A stretch of 64,000 bases of DNA, from contig JABIBQ010000066.1 of the NCBI GenBank assembly GCA_018652685.1, positions 701 to 64,700 of the forward strand. The letters run 5' to 3'. The stretch is from Candidatus Bathyarchaeota archaeon. GTDB lineage: Archaea; Thermoproteota; Bathyarchaeia; TCS64. Numbering within the stretch: position 1 is the first letter of the stretch; the number at the start of each line of letters is the position of its first letter. Under the pieces are notes generated by a model that saw only the letters and a list, made by a program, of their open reading frames with translations, searched no databases and was not told where the DNA came from. The position numbers were made by a program, and so were the translations under genes. Shown here in pieces: positions 8,105 through 17,450 of the stretch.

Positions 8105-8884
8105 CTAAAACGCGAGGTTAGGCAGCCAGGCCAGTATGGACAGGGTACCTAGCCCCACGCATATTTTCCAGAAACTTACTTCTCTAGCAAGAGCTAACAG
8201 CCTTCCAATCGTCAGGTATCCGACTAAAGCAGCCACTATAGCCGCAAACCCGGAGTACATGTCGGGCTGGAAGCCCTTGACAATCATCAGACCAAACGCT
8301 GCCGCGAAGCTGGCGGGGATGCTCATGAGGAAGCTGACCCTGAACGCCTCCTCGCCGTCAAAGTTTTTGAATAGCAGGATCGATGTGGTTATCCCGGACC
8401 TTGAGAGCCCTGGAATTATAGCAAGTCCCTGTGCCACGCCTAGTAATATTGTAAGGGGCCAAGAAAGCTCGGACCCCTCACGTGTTGATTTTGAAGCCTG
8501 CCTCTGGATCAGCCCCGTGGCTATCAGCGCAACCCCTGTCAACGCGAGAAGGGCCTCACCGAGGGGAGCCGAGACGTTGAGGAACATGAAGATGGGGAAC
8601 CCAACAAGGCCCGTTAACCCCGTCATTACCAACAGCCTGTAGAACATGTCCTTGTCCTCGGGGGTTTTCATCAATAGGATGTTCTGTACGGGCTCTCTGA
8701 AGTAGATCAGCGCGGCCAGACCAGTTCCGAGGTGAAGGAATATGGAGGGGTTCAGGGTCTCCTCAACGCCGTACCCGAATAGTTGGGTCAGGAGTATGAC
8801 CATGTTGCCCTCGCTGGACACTGGCAGCCACTCAAGCAGCCCCTGTAAAAGCCCCGAAATGATTGAGGCGGTTAACGAGTCCAC
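8105..8884 (-). CDS. uppP: Undecaprenyl-diphosphate phosphatase (BacA/UppP family)
   Basis: QGLLEWLPVSSEG, LHLGT, AQGLAIIPGLSRSG.T, SFLMSIPA. Confidence 0.9.
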   Translation of the reverse strand: MDSLTASIISGLLQGLLEWLPVSSEGNMVILLTQLFGYGVEETLNPSIFLHLGTGLAALIYFREPVQNILLMKTPEDKDMFYRLLVMTGLTGLVGFPIFMFLNVSAPLGEALLALTGVALIATGLIQRQASKSTREGSELSWPLTILLGVAQGLAIIPGLSRSGITTSILLFKNFDGEEAFRVSFLMSIPASFAAAFGLMIVKGFQPDMYSGFAAIVAALVGYLTIGRLLALAREVSFWKICVGLGTLSILAWLPNLAF

Positions 8885-8959
8885 ACAAGTAAAGAAGTGG
8901 TCTACGATAAAACCCGTGCGCCCAAACCATTATTAGACATCGTCCATCCAGAGTGAGTC

Positions 8960-9553
8960 ATGCCCATTGACCAGAAAGCCATCAAGGTGGAAATGAATCA
9001 GCTCATAGCTGTCAGAGACTTCAATGGGATGTTAGCGAAGGCGGGAAACATCCTTGACGATCACCCGTCGAGCTACCTGGGGAGATGGTGGATGGCTAGA
9101 ACCCTCACGTTCATGGGCAGGACTAACGAAGCCCTTGACTGGCTCATGATGGGTATGAGGAAAGCTGAATCGGACGAGGAGGAATCCAAAATCGCTTCGA
9201 GTATGGCCAATGTCTATAATGTTCAGAATCAGTGGGAGGACTCGCTGAACTATTCTGCCATCGCCCTGGAGCTTGACCCGAGGAACGTGGTCGGCGTCAT
9301 AGCACGCAGCATCGCGCTATCAGCGACGGGTAAGAGGGATGAGGCTTCAAGACTCCTCGACTCAAACAGAAAGCTCTACGTCGATGATTACCAGAAGGCA
9401 TGCGTTGCCGCGGTGAAGAGGAAAAAAGCGAAGATGCTTGAGCACCTCAGGAAGGCGGTCGAGGGCAATCCTCACAGCAAAGTCACGGTCCAATATGACC
9501 CTGATTTCGCCCCCTACCGGAAGGACGCCGAGTTCAGGGCGATTACCGCCTAG
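8960..9553 (+). CDS. Tetratricopeptide-repeat protein
   Basis: Helical repeats (ALELDPRN), C-terminal YQKACV.A...HLRKAV...DPDF cap. Confidence 0.75.
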   Translation: MPIDQKAIKVEMNQLIAVRDFNGMLAKAGNILDDHPSSYLGRWWMARTLTFMGRTNEALDWLMMGMRKAESDEEESKIASSMANVYNVQNQWEDSLNYSAIALELDPRNVVGVIARSIALSATGKRDEASRLLDSNRKLYVDDYQKACVAAVKRKKAKMLEHLRKAVEGNPHSKVTVQYDPDFAPYRKDAEFRAITA

Positions 9554-9595
9554 ACAACTTTATCAGCGGAATCGCCGCGATATTATTGAATTCAC

Positions 9596-10474
9596 TTGAA
9601 AATCCTAGTCCTCTATGGCTCAAAGCCAAGTAAGAATAGCGTTGAATTAATCGAGGCAGCCCAGAACCAGGGCCACGAAGTGTACAGTGGCCCCACTGGA
9701 GACATCTCAAGTATGATCAGCAACGACGGCAGCAAGTTCTTGCTAGGTAAGAAGGACATATCGGATATTGACCTGTGCCTATTACGGAGTTTCGGGCCTG
9801 GTAGCACAGAGCAGTCAACCCGCCGCATCAGCTTGCTGGAGCACATGGAAGTGGCAGGCATTAAGGTCGTGAATAGCACCTACCCGTTCAGGAGGAGCAG
9901 GGACAAGTACGCAACACAGTACGTGCTCCACGCAGCTGGTATTCCAATCCCTCAGACCTTCACAACAGAGAGCCTGGCGAGGGCATACCAGATCACCAAC
10001 GAGATGGGCAAGACCATCTACAAGCCCATCCTGGGAAGCATGGGAAGGGGCAGTATGAAGTTTGATGACGCTGACCTGGCTTACAACGCCTACAGGCTGC
10101 TTGACAGGCTGCACCACCCATTGATACTGCAGAAATACGTCCAGACTCCTGGCAGGGACATCAGGGTCTTCATCGTGGGCGACGAGTTAGTGGGGGCTGT
10201 CTACAAATATCTTCCGGAGGGCGAATGGAAGAGCAACGTGGCACAGGGAGGCAAGATGGTTGAAGAGGAGATGAGCGACGAGATCATCGAAATGGCTTTC
10301 AAGGCAAATGAGGCAATGGGCTTGGATTACTCGGGCGTAGACATCCTGGAATCATCGGAGGGACCGATAGTCCTTGAGGTGAACGCCTCTCCAGGCTGGC
10401 AGGGGTTAAAGAAGGCAACGGGAAAGGACATCGCAGAGGTAATCGTCAGGTACGGGGTTGAGCAGGTTGAGTGA
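9596..10474 (+). CDS. RimK-family ATP-grasp alpha-L-glutamate ligase (CofF/MptN/RimK-like)
   Basis: RDKY, GIPIPQT, KPILGSMGRG, QKYV..PGRDIRVF, WKSNVAQGG, GVDI, EVNASPGW. Confidence 0.9.
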   Translation: MKILVLYGSKPSKNSVELIEAAQNQGHEVYSGPTGDISSMISNDGSKFLLGKKDISDIDLCLLRSFGPGSTEQSTRRISLLEHMEVAGIKVVNSTYPFRRSRDKYATQYVLHAAGIPIPQTFTTESLARAYQITNEMGKTIYKPILGSMGRGSMKFDDADLAYNAYRLLDRLHHPLILQKYVQTPGRDIRVFIVGDELVGAVYKYLPEGEWKSNVAQGGKMVEEEMSDEIIEMAFKANEAMGLDYSGVDILESSEGPIVLEVNASPGWQGLKKATGKDIAEVIVRYGVEQVE

Positions 10475-10841
10475 CGAGCTTTCAAAGATATCAATCAAGA
10501 TCACAGTGATTGACAAGGGAGAGGCCACGGGATACCTGAACAGGTTGACCGCGCCACTGACGGTGGGAGCGATCTCTCAGAGGCTTCCCATCAACAGCAG
10601 GACAAGTCCAGCCATGGGGCACGTATCAATACTGATTGACATCCAGAGGGGAGTGGAGAAACCTGTGACGCAGGTGAAGGCGGGCACCATCGCTTACTGG
10701 CCCAGAAGCGACGCAGTCACCATCTATCCAAAGGACACCAAGACATATGGGCCAGTGAACAAGATAGGCGAGATCGAGGAAAACTTACAGCTTTTCAATA
10801 GGCTCAGAAGCGGTTTAAGGATAATAATAGAGAAAATCTAG
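10458..10841 (+). CDS. Cyclophilin-like (DUF369-type) protein
   Basis: APLTV.AI...LPI, GVEKP...VKAGTIAYWP, PVNKIG. Confidence 0.75.
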   Translation: MSRLSDELSKISIKITVIDKGEATGYLNRLTAPLTVGAISQRLPINSRTSPAMGHVSILIDIQRGVEKPVTQVKAGTIAYWPRSDAVTIYPKDTKTYGPVNKIGEIEENLQLFNRLRSGLRIIIEKI

Positions 10842-11089
10842 GCTTCGCCAACCATCTTGTAGACTTTAAGGTTCGTGCTGCGGATGACAAACTCAACGAC
10901 TCCCTTTGACTCCAGGTCAATGAGCATCCTCTTCGCCACGCTGACTTTAAGATTGAACCTAATCGCTACTGCTGTTGGTGTGATGGCCTTCATTCCTCTG
11001 AGAGCCCCAAGGGTCTCTTTGCTTGTGAGATCGGGGATATCGACACCGCCGACAATTTTCTCTCTACGTCCTGTATTTTGAGTAGACAT
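10838..11089 (-). CDS. rps25e: 30S ribosomal protein S25e
   Basis: MKAITP..VA.RFNLKVSVAKRML.DLE.KG winged helix typical of eS25. Confidence 0.85.
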   Translation of the reverse strand: MSTQNTGRREKIVGGVDIPDLTSKETLGALRGMKAITPTAVAIRFNLKVSVAKRMLIDLESKGVVEFVIRSTNLKVYKMVGEA

Positions 11090-11135
11090 TATTGTTCACC
11101 CACCAAATCATGGGTGTGAATTAAAAACCCTGCGG

Positions 11136-11837
11136 CTAAAGATACTTTTGTATCTCTTCGACGCTGAGAGACCTGAACTTTTTGGTCTCTTTTGTCACGA
11201 CCGCGATGTTCACCCCATCAGCAGACAGGTCATTATCCGATGCCTCTTTCAAAGCCTGTGCAGATAGGGCAATGGCTTCATCCAACGTGATCTCCAGTCG
11301 ATACTCCTCCTTGAGGACCGCTAACGCCTTATCGCTGTTGCGCCCAACGGATGTGGCCCTGTATCCTCGGTAGCTCCCGCTTGGGTCCGTCGCGATCAGG
11401 CTGACTCTGTGGTCATCAACACCACCAAACAGCAAACTGACGCCGAACGGCCTTACGCCTGCGTTCTGGGTGTATCTTTGGAGTAGGTCGCCAACCGCAC
11501 TGGCTAGGTCTTCGATATCAGCTGGCTCATCGTATGTCATCTTGTTACTCTGACAAAAGAGCCTGGACTGTTTGATCAGCACACGGGCATCCGGGCTGAG
11601 GCCCGCTATCGCCACGCCGACGTGGTCATCGATCCTGAATATCTTCTTGCTACTTGTAGGCGCTGCCAGCTTGCTCAGCTGCGGCTCAAGAACCGCGAGG
11701 ACTACTCCCTCATCACTCTTGATGCCTACTATTGGGCTGCCCCTCTTGACTAGCTCTAGGGCGTACTCGACCTGGTAGATTCTTCCCTCTGGTGAGAAGA
11801 TTGTGATTGCTCCGTCGTATTCTCTTCCGCGTGACAT
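11136..11837 (-). CDS. psmA: Proteasome alpha subunit
   Basis: YD.AITIFSPEGRIYQVEYA, KIF.IDDH, YTQ..GVRPFGVSLL, TDPSG. Confidence 0.96.
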   Translation of the reverse strand: MSRGREYDGAITIFSPEGRIYQVEYALELVKRGSPIVGIKSDEGVVLAVLEPQLSKLAAPTSSKKIFRIDDHVGVAIAGLSPDARVLIKQSRLFCQSNKMTYDEPADIEDLASAVGDLLQRYTQNAGVRPFGVSLLFGGVDDHRVSLIATDPSGSYRGYRATSVGRNSDKALAVLKEEYRLEITLDEAIALSAQALKEASDNDLSADGVNIAVVTKETKKFRSLSVEEIQKYL

Positions 11838-12014
11838 TGTTGATCAGCCCGAAATATCTTGAATAGGGAATGTACCCCCGTTTTTAAAGGTAGTCAAAGT
11901 TTTTTTTAAGGGCAATTGGAGCCTGTTACGGGGAAATATTGGCCAGACAAAGCTGCGGAAATGAGCCTATGATTTGATCGACATTTTTTATGCGTTGAAT
12001 AACATTAACTCTCT

Positions 12015-12551
12015 ATGACCAAGATAGAGCTACCCGAAAATCGCAGGCTCCAAGTCGGACCCACAGGCAGTATCGTACTGGTTTCGTGTGGAGAAGGAGA
12101 TGAGGCAAATATCATCACTGTAGGGATGTACATGCCGATAAGCGTCAGGCCGCCGCTGGTTTGCATAGGAATAGCACCACAGAGATATAGCCACCAGCTG
12201 ATCGAGAAGACAGGGGAATTTGTGGTCAACTCACCATCCATCTCCATCGAGAAGGAGATGCATTACTGTGGCGTGAGCTCCGGCCGCAAGGTAAACAAGT
12301 GGAAGGAAACAGGCCTGACACAATTACCATCGTTGAAGGTCAAGATTCCGAGGATCAAGGAGTGTTTTGGTCATCTTGAATGCAAAGTTGTTAAAGCTTA
12401 CACTGTTGGCGACCACACGTTGTTCATCGGGGAGGTCGTGGCCACATCAGCGGATGAGGAGGTAATGAACGGGGATACACTGAATCCAATGAAGGCAAGG
12501 CCCATCGTCCAGAAGAACCACGTCTACTTCACGGTGACAGATCAGAAATGA
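12015..12551 (+). CDS. Flavin reductase-like FMN-binding protein (flavoredoxin family)
   Basis: NIIT, S.RPPLV, GEFVVN, CG..SGR.V.K, LECKV, GDHTLFIGEV. Confidence 0.9.
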   Translation: MTKIELPENRRLQVGPTGSIVLVSCGEGDEANIITVGMYMPISVRPPLVCIGIAPQRYSHQLIEKTGEFVVNSPSISIEKEMHYCGVSSGRKVNKWKETGLTQLPSLKVKIPRIKECFGHLECKVVKAYTVGDHTLFIGEVVATSADEEVMNGDTLNPMKARPIVQKNHVYFTVTDQK

Positions 12552-12552
12552 T

Positions 12553-13845
12553 CTATACGATTAGCTCTATCGCCTTTTCACGGCCATACCGCTCGTAGGG
12601 CTTCATCAGGTGTCTGTGGGCTCCCTTGTCAGGGAGGTATATTCCGGGAACAATAACCCGATCCTGCTCGACCTTTTCCTCGACCAAGTCTTCTCCTCTG
12701 TATCCACATTTCTTGCATCTGAGCCCTTGGCCCTTGCCCATGGACCCCGTTGAGCCCCCGCACTCTGGGCATTTTGGTTTGACGGATGTGACCAGGGAAG
12801 CCGTTTCGTGAAGGGCCAGTTTCTCGATGTTCAGGGTCAGCTCCTTTTCGTGGATACTGACACCAGAGTATACTGTCACAACGTCTCCCGGGATCAGCTT
12901 GCGAACGACAGCCCTGAATGAACCCGTCGGCTCAAATGCGGCGCAGTCGACAGTACCAGTCTTGTCTCTGAGCCTGAAGAAAACGTGGCCGCCCTCAATG
13001 GTTTCTGGTATGGAGTCCACTTCCCCATATACGACGGCTGGATTGAACGGTTCCAGTCCAGAGACTTTCACCGGTACATCGTAATGCAAGTCTGTGCCCT
13101 GGTTCGATCGGCAGATCATCCACCGCTCCACTGGTTCAAGTGGCTTGATCATCTGCATCGCGTCATAGACGGCTTCAGGAGTCTCTCCCCTCACCCCATA
13201 GAGCACCGGGTCTGGCCCCCTTGGTGTGATCAAAGGCCTCCCTTTCTCGTCCAGATTGTTGAATGTGGAGTTGGACAGAGTCGCGTCCATTGCAACAATC
13301 GAGGCGTCATCCATCCTGCGGGGGGTCCCCCAGTTTTCTGGGGTACGGTATGTTAGAAGCTCGTAGGTCAGGTCCCCCTCAAGAGTGCCACCTATAGCAG
13401 CTAGCGCCCCGATTATCCCCCTGCCGTTTTTGTACTCCATGTAATCCATCTCATGTTTCTCGATGAGGTCCATTGCCAGTTTCTTCTCCACCAGCGACTT
13501 GACCACGGTATCAGAATAAGTTTTGACATTATCGGGTACATTGCCCTTCAGGAAAACGATACCCGGGTTGGTGTTGTCGCATGAGAACTCGCCGTACTCG
13601 TCCACCAGCTCCTTGACGGCGTTTTGGACTGCTCCGTAAAGGGATTCATCGATCTTCAGCCTCAGACATACAGAGGCGTTCCCTCTGGTCTTCCAGGGGG
13701 TGTTCGGGTTCAGCCTTAGAAGCGTAGGATAGCCGTTGAACTCCGCCCCAAGACCCATTAGACGCTCAACCAGGACGGCGGCAACATATGTCGTGCATCC
13801 TCCCCCTGGGCTATCCGTGTCGTCAAGACCGATGTGGAGCATCAA
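12553..13845 (-). CDS. tiaS: tRNA(Ile2) agmatidine synthetase
   Basis: IGLDDTDS..GGCTTY, RLNPN.PWKTRGN, GRGIIGALAA, P.GPDPVLYG.RG, NQGTD.H, OB fold, C4 zinc ribbon, RHL.KP. Confidence 0.97.
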   Translation of the reverse strand: MMLHIGLDDTDSPGGGCTTYVAAVLVERLMGLGAEFNGYPTLLRLNPNTPWKTRGNASVCLRLKIDESLYGAVQNAVKELVDEYGEFSCDNTNPGIVFLKGNVPDNVKTYSDTVVKSLVEKKLAMDLIEKHEMDYMEYKNGRGIIGALAAIGGTLEGDLTYELLTYRTPENWGTPRRMDDASIVAMDATLSNSTFNNLDEKGRPLITPRGPDPVLYGVRGETPEAVYDAMQMIKPLEPVERWMICRSNQGTDLHYDVPVKVSGLEPFNPAVVYGEVDSIPETIEGGHVFFRLRDKTGTVDCAAFEPTGSFRAVVRKLIPGDVVTVYSGVSIHEKELTLNIEKLALHETASLVTSVKPKCPECGGSTGSMGKGQGLRCKKCGYRGEDLVEEKVEQDRVIVPGIYLPDKGAHRHLMKPYERYGREKAIELIV

Positions 13846-13896
13846 TTCGTCTGGTTGTTGTCTACAAAAGGAATAAAGATTTTGAAAAAGATTGGG

Positions 13897-14124
13897 TTAG
13901 ACCACGATCATTGTGAGCGTGGATCGAACCTTATCGAGGCGGCGGATCTTCCAGCTGATGATGTCCTTGAGTTCCTGCATCGTCTCGGTGGATATGCGTG
14001 CGATTATGTCATAAACCCCGTAGACCATGTGCGCCTCTTTGACCTCATCAATCTCCTTCAGTCCTTTGAGAACCTCGCTCTCTGATCCTATCTCCGCATT
14101 GATTAGTACGAAAGCTGTTGCCAA
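13897..14124 (-). CDS. Stand-alone Lrp/AsnC ligand-binding (RAM) domain protein
   Basis: AFVLIN.E.GSE..V...L....V.EA..VYGVYDII; KIR.LDKVRSTLTMIV; TTG start after AGGTG RBS. Confidence 0.9.
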   Translation of the reverse strand: MATAFVLINAEIGSESEVLKGLKEIDEVKEAHMVYGVYDIIARISTETMQELKDIISWKIRRLDKVRSTLTMIVV

Positions 14125-14201
14125 AACTTGCACCTAATTATGATCGAATGTGACGGGATTTAAGCGTTATCAGAGTAGGTATAATAATTACCACTGGATA
14201 T

Positions 14202-14933
14202 GTGAAGCCCATGCTCAAACTGATGATAAACGGCAGACAATACAGCCCGACCCTGATTCTATTCGATGTGGACGGAACTCTAGTTGATGACAGCCACCGT
14301 TACAGTAACCTGGGGAAGGCCAGATACACCGCGTACAAGGAAAACGTGTCAGGGAGAGCAGCTAAACAGTGGGCTAGGTTATCCGGGGTAAACCCAGAGG
14401 ACTGGACCATCGATCCCACGGGTCCAATTAGCAAGGCTCCTAGACGGGACGACCTGGCGATAGCGGGGGCAGCTCTTTACCTTGAAGGATTCAACTGGTA
14501 CGACGCGAAGGAGAAAGCCGAGGAGCTCTATGGGATCGCGGATAAGATTCAAGCAGAAACCTTTGTTCCCGAACTATATGAGGGTGTGAAGGAAAAAATG
14601 GTTGAGCTCCTTGATGCGGGGTTCAAACTAGGGATAGCAACCAACGGAGAAACAGGGCTAACTGATGAAATTCTTGTTGGACTAGGTATTCGGGAATTGT
14701 TTTCTGTTATAGTAGGTGCGGACAAGGTTGAGAACAGTAAACCCGCACCGGATATGATACTCCTAGCGTGCAACCGGATAGGGGTCTCCGTCTCAGAGAC
14801 TATGTATGTCGGAGATCAACACACAGATATTAGGGCAGCAAAGGCCGCGGGAGCTATCGCCTACATTGCGGTTAGAAACCAGATTGAGGAAGCCACAGAG
14901 AACACATCTTCAGTAGCAGATTTTGTGATATAA
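14202..14933 (+). CDS. HAD-superfamily hydrolase (phosphoglycolate phosphatase-like)
   Basis: FDVDGTLVD, GIATN, KPAPD, YVGD...DI.AA. Confidence 0.9.
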   Translation: MKPMLKLMINGRQYSPTLILFDVDGTLVDDSHRYSNLGKARYTAYKENVSGRAAKQWARLSGVNPEDWTIDPTGPISKAPRRDDLAIAGAALYLEGFNWYDAKEKAEELYGIADKIQAETFVPELYEGVKEKMVELLDAGFKLGIATNGETGLTDEILVGLGIRELFSVIVGADKVENSKPAPDMILLACNRIGVSVSETMYVGDQHTDIRAAKAAGAIAYIAVRNQIEEATENTSSVADFVI

Positions 14934-15004
14934 TGTCTATAATATAGCCATTTCAAGGAAAACCCAGATATTGTTCGCGTGCGGATGAACCATAAGGTGT
15001 ACAC

Positions 15005-16516
15005 ATGATTCTGGGTGATTATATAACGGTCAAGGAGATGATAGCCATCGAGATGAACGCCGAGGCACTGGGCGTCTCGACACAGCTCATGATGGAGAAC
15101 GCAGGAAGGGCCATCGCCAACGAGATAGCAAGCAGGTTCCCAAAGGGATCAAAAGTCGTAGCTGTTTCTGGGGTCACGGGTAACGGTGGGGACGCTTTCA
15201 CCGCTGCACGTCATCTAGTATGTCAGGGGTACGAGGTAGAGTCATGGGTACTGGGAGACCCCAAGAATATCACTCTCAAGAACAGCCGGGTAAACTACAA
15301 TGCCATTGACCATATGACCCAGAGCATTAATATCAAGGCAATCAGGGACAGCAGTCTCATCGAGCCCATCTTGGCAGACGTAGTAATCGATGGCCTAATC
15401 GGCACCAGCCTTAGAGGACCGTTGAGACCACCGTTCCTCCAGATGGTCCAGACCATCAATGCCTCCGACGCGTACAAGGTCTCGGTTGACATCCCGACGG
15501 GCATGGAGGCATCCACGGGAGACATTCACGGGGAGGCGGTTCACGCTGACCTGACATTGACGTTCCACAAGCCCAAAACAGGCTACAAAAACAACCCAGG
15601 CGCCACAAAGGAGCTTATACCTACAAGCATAGGCATCCCACCAGAGGCAGAGCACTATGTGGGCCCCGGCGATATATTCCTGACCCACCACGAGAAAAGC
15701 CCAAACAGCCACAAGGGGTTGAGCGGGAGCCTGCTCGTAGTTGGGGGAAGCGAGACGTACTCGGGCGCTCCAGCCTTGACATCTCTTGCGGCTTACAGGC
15801 TGGGCCTTGACCTCGTCTACACGGCGGTCCCGGAGTCGGCCGCCCAGGTAGTTGCATCATACAGCCCAAGCTTGATTACCTGCAAACTCAAAGGAGAGAG
15901 ATTAACCATCGAAAGCCTTACCCACATAGAGAAAATCCTGGGGAAGGTATCAGCAGTAGCAATTGGCCCTGGACTCGGTATGGCAGATGACACAGTCGAG
16001 GCCGTGGGTAAGCTCGTTGAGATGGTAGGGGAGAGTGGACTACCCCTCGTCCTTGACGCGGACGGATTAAAGGCGTATGCAAATAACCCGGTCAAGCTAG
16101 CTTCACCAACTGTCTTCACCCCACACGGCAGGGAGTTCAAGCTACTGATAGGGGAGACGGCGAAAGGAAATCACCTCCAGAAGGGCGAGATCGTATCAGA
16201 TGCCGCGAAGAAACTTGGTGGAATAGTCCTCCTCAAGGGAGAAGTAGACATCATCAGCGATGGAGATTACACACGTTTCAACTGGACTGGAAATCCAGGG
16301 ATGACTGTCGGTGGCACCGGAGACCTGCTCACCGGACTGGTAGGTTGTTATTTGGCCCAGAAGACCAAGCCATTCTACGCCGCGTGCTCCGCAGCATACC
16401 TGAACGGCAAGGCTGGAGACAATGTCGCCAAAAAGAAAGGATACCACATCTTGCCCGAGGACCTACTTGACGAGTTCCCAGAAGTGGTTGAGAACTGCCT
16501 CAGCCACAGGGTCTAG
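15005..16516 (+). CDS. nnr: Bifunctional NAD(P)HX epimerase/dehydratase
   Basis: LMMENAG, NGGD, VDIPTG (YjeF_N); SHKG..G, AIGPGLG, VLDADG, TPH..EF, GGTGD.L.G (YjeF_C). Confidence 0.95.
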   Translation: MILGDYITVKEMIAIEMNAEALGVSTQLMMENAGRAIANEIASRFPKGSKVVAVSGVTGNGGDAFTAARHLVCQGYEVESWVLGDPKNITLKNSRVNYNAIDHMTQSINIKAIRDSSLIEPILADVVIDGLIGTSLRGPLRPPFLQMVQTINASDAYKVSVDIPTGMEASTGDIHGEAVHADLTLTFHKPKTGYKNNPGATKELIPTSIGIPPEAEHYVGPGDIFLTHHEKSPNSHKGLSGSLLVVGGSETYSGAPALTSLAAYRLGLDLVYTAVPESAAQVVASYSPSLITCKLKGERLTIESLTHIEKILGKVSAVAIGPGLGMADDTVEAVGKLVEMVGESGLPLVLDADGLKAYANNPVKLASPTVFTPHGREFKLLIGETAKGNHLQKGEIVSDAAKKLGGIVLLKGEVDIISDGDYTRFNWTGNPGMTVGGTGDLLTGLVGCYLAQKTKPFYAACSAAYLNGKAGDNVAKKKGYHILPEDLLDEFPEVVENCLSHRV

Positions 16517-17379
16517 GGAAGTAACGGCTGAACGTTTTTGTCTAGCATGTTTGACACCTTATCCATCGGCAGGTGTAGGTCGCTGTGGGGCGCATACCTG
16601 TTGATGTTCATCAGCATGTTCACGTACGGCCTCTGCCTGACGCCGGGATAATCCGTGCCGAATATCATCTTGTGCATCACGCCCATGTTGAGAGCAGTCA
16701 ACAGATCCTTCCAAAGCAGGTAAGTGAAGCTAGGGTGGTTCACGTCCCCGTAGGGCCAGCTGATGTCACAGTACACGTTTTTGTGCTTTCTTGCAACGTA
16801 CAGCGTCTCGTCAACCCGAGGGTAGCCGATATGTGCCAGTACTATCTTGAGCTCTGGGAAGCACTCTGCGATGACATCGATCTGAGCCGGATCGGTGTGG
16901 TACAGGTAGTCATAGTTAACGGGCATGCCAGCGTGGTGGAACATGATGGGCATTCCGATGCTTGACGCCGCCTCGTAGACCTTGAAAGCGTGAGTGTCAT
17001 CGGGCTTGTATCCGTCGCTGCATGGGTAGAGCTTCAGTCCGTGTAACCCCAGCTCGTGCCTCTGCCTGAGTACCTCCTCACCCATCCCGCGTTGGACGGC
17101 GTTGACGTACCCGAAACCGATAAACCGGGATAAATCCTGACTGCAGAATTCCGAGACCTGCTCAGGACTTGTACGTGCGTCGCTGAGAACCACGGCTTTA
17201 TCGATCCCAGCCTCCTGAAGGTCAGCGATAAACTCTTCCTTGGTTACGGCTATTATTGTGGGGTTTGCGGGGTCAGAGTATTCGGTTATGCTTATGTGGC
17301 AGTGGTAATCCACCTTTGGAAGACCTGTCTCCCTGATAACCTGCTGCCTCGTCAAAAGTGATGTGTCTACCGATGACAA
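16513..17379 (-). CDS. Amidohydrolase_2 family metallohydrolase
   Basis: DYHCH, GLKLYP, MFHH, FPELKIVLAHIGYP, FGTDYP. Confidence 0.88.
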   Translation of the reverse strand: MSSVDTSLLTRQQVIRETGLPKVDYHCHISITEYSDPANPTIIAVTKEEFIADLQEAGIDKAVVLSDARTSPEQVSEFCSQDLSRFIGFGYVNAVQRGMGEEVLRQRHELGLHGLKLYPCSDGYKPDDTHAFKVYEAASSIGMPIMFHHAGMPVNYDYLYHTDPAQIDVIAECFPELKIVLAHIGYPRVDETLYVARKHKNVYCDISWPYGDVNHPSFTYLLWKDLLTALNMGVMHKMIFGTDYPGVRQRPYVNMLMNINRYAPHSDLHLPMDKVSNMLDKNVQPLLP

Positions 17380-17450
17380 ATGAATCGATAAAAAGGAGTT
17401 TGGGGGGGCTTAAAGATTATCCTTCGAGTAAGAGATATCTCCTGTTTTGA

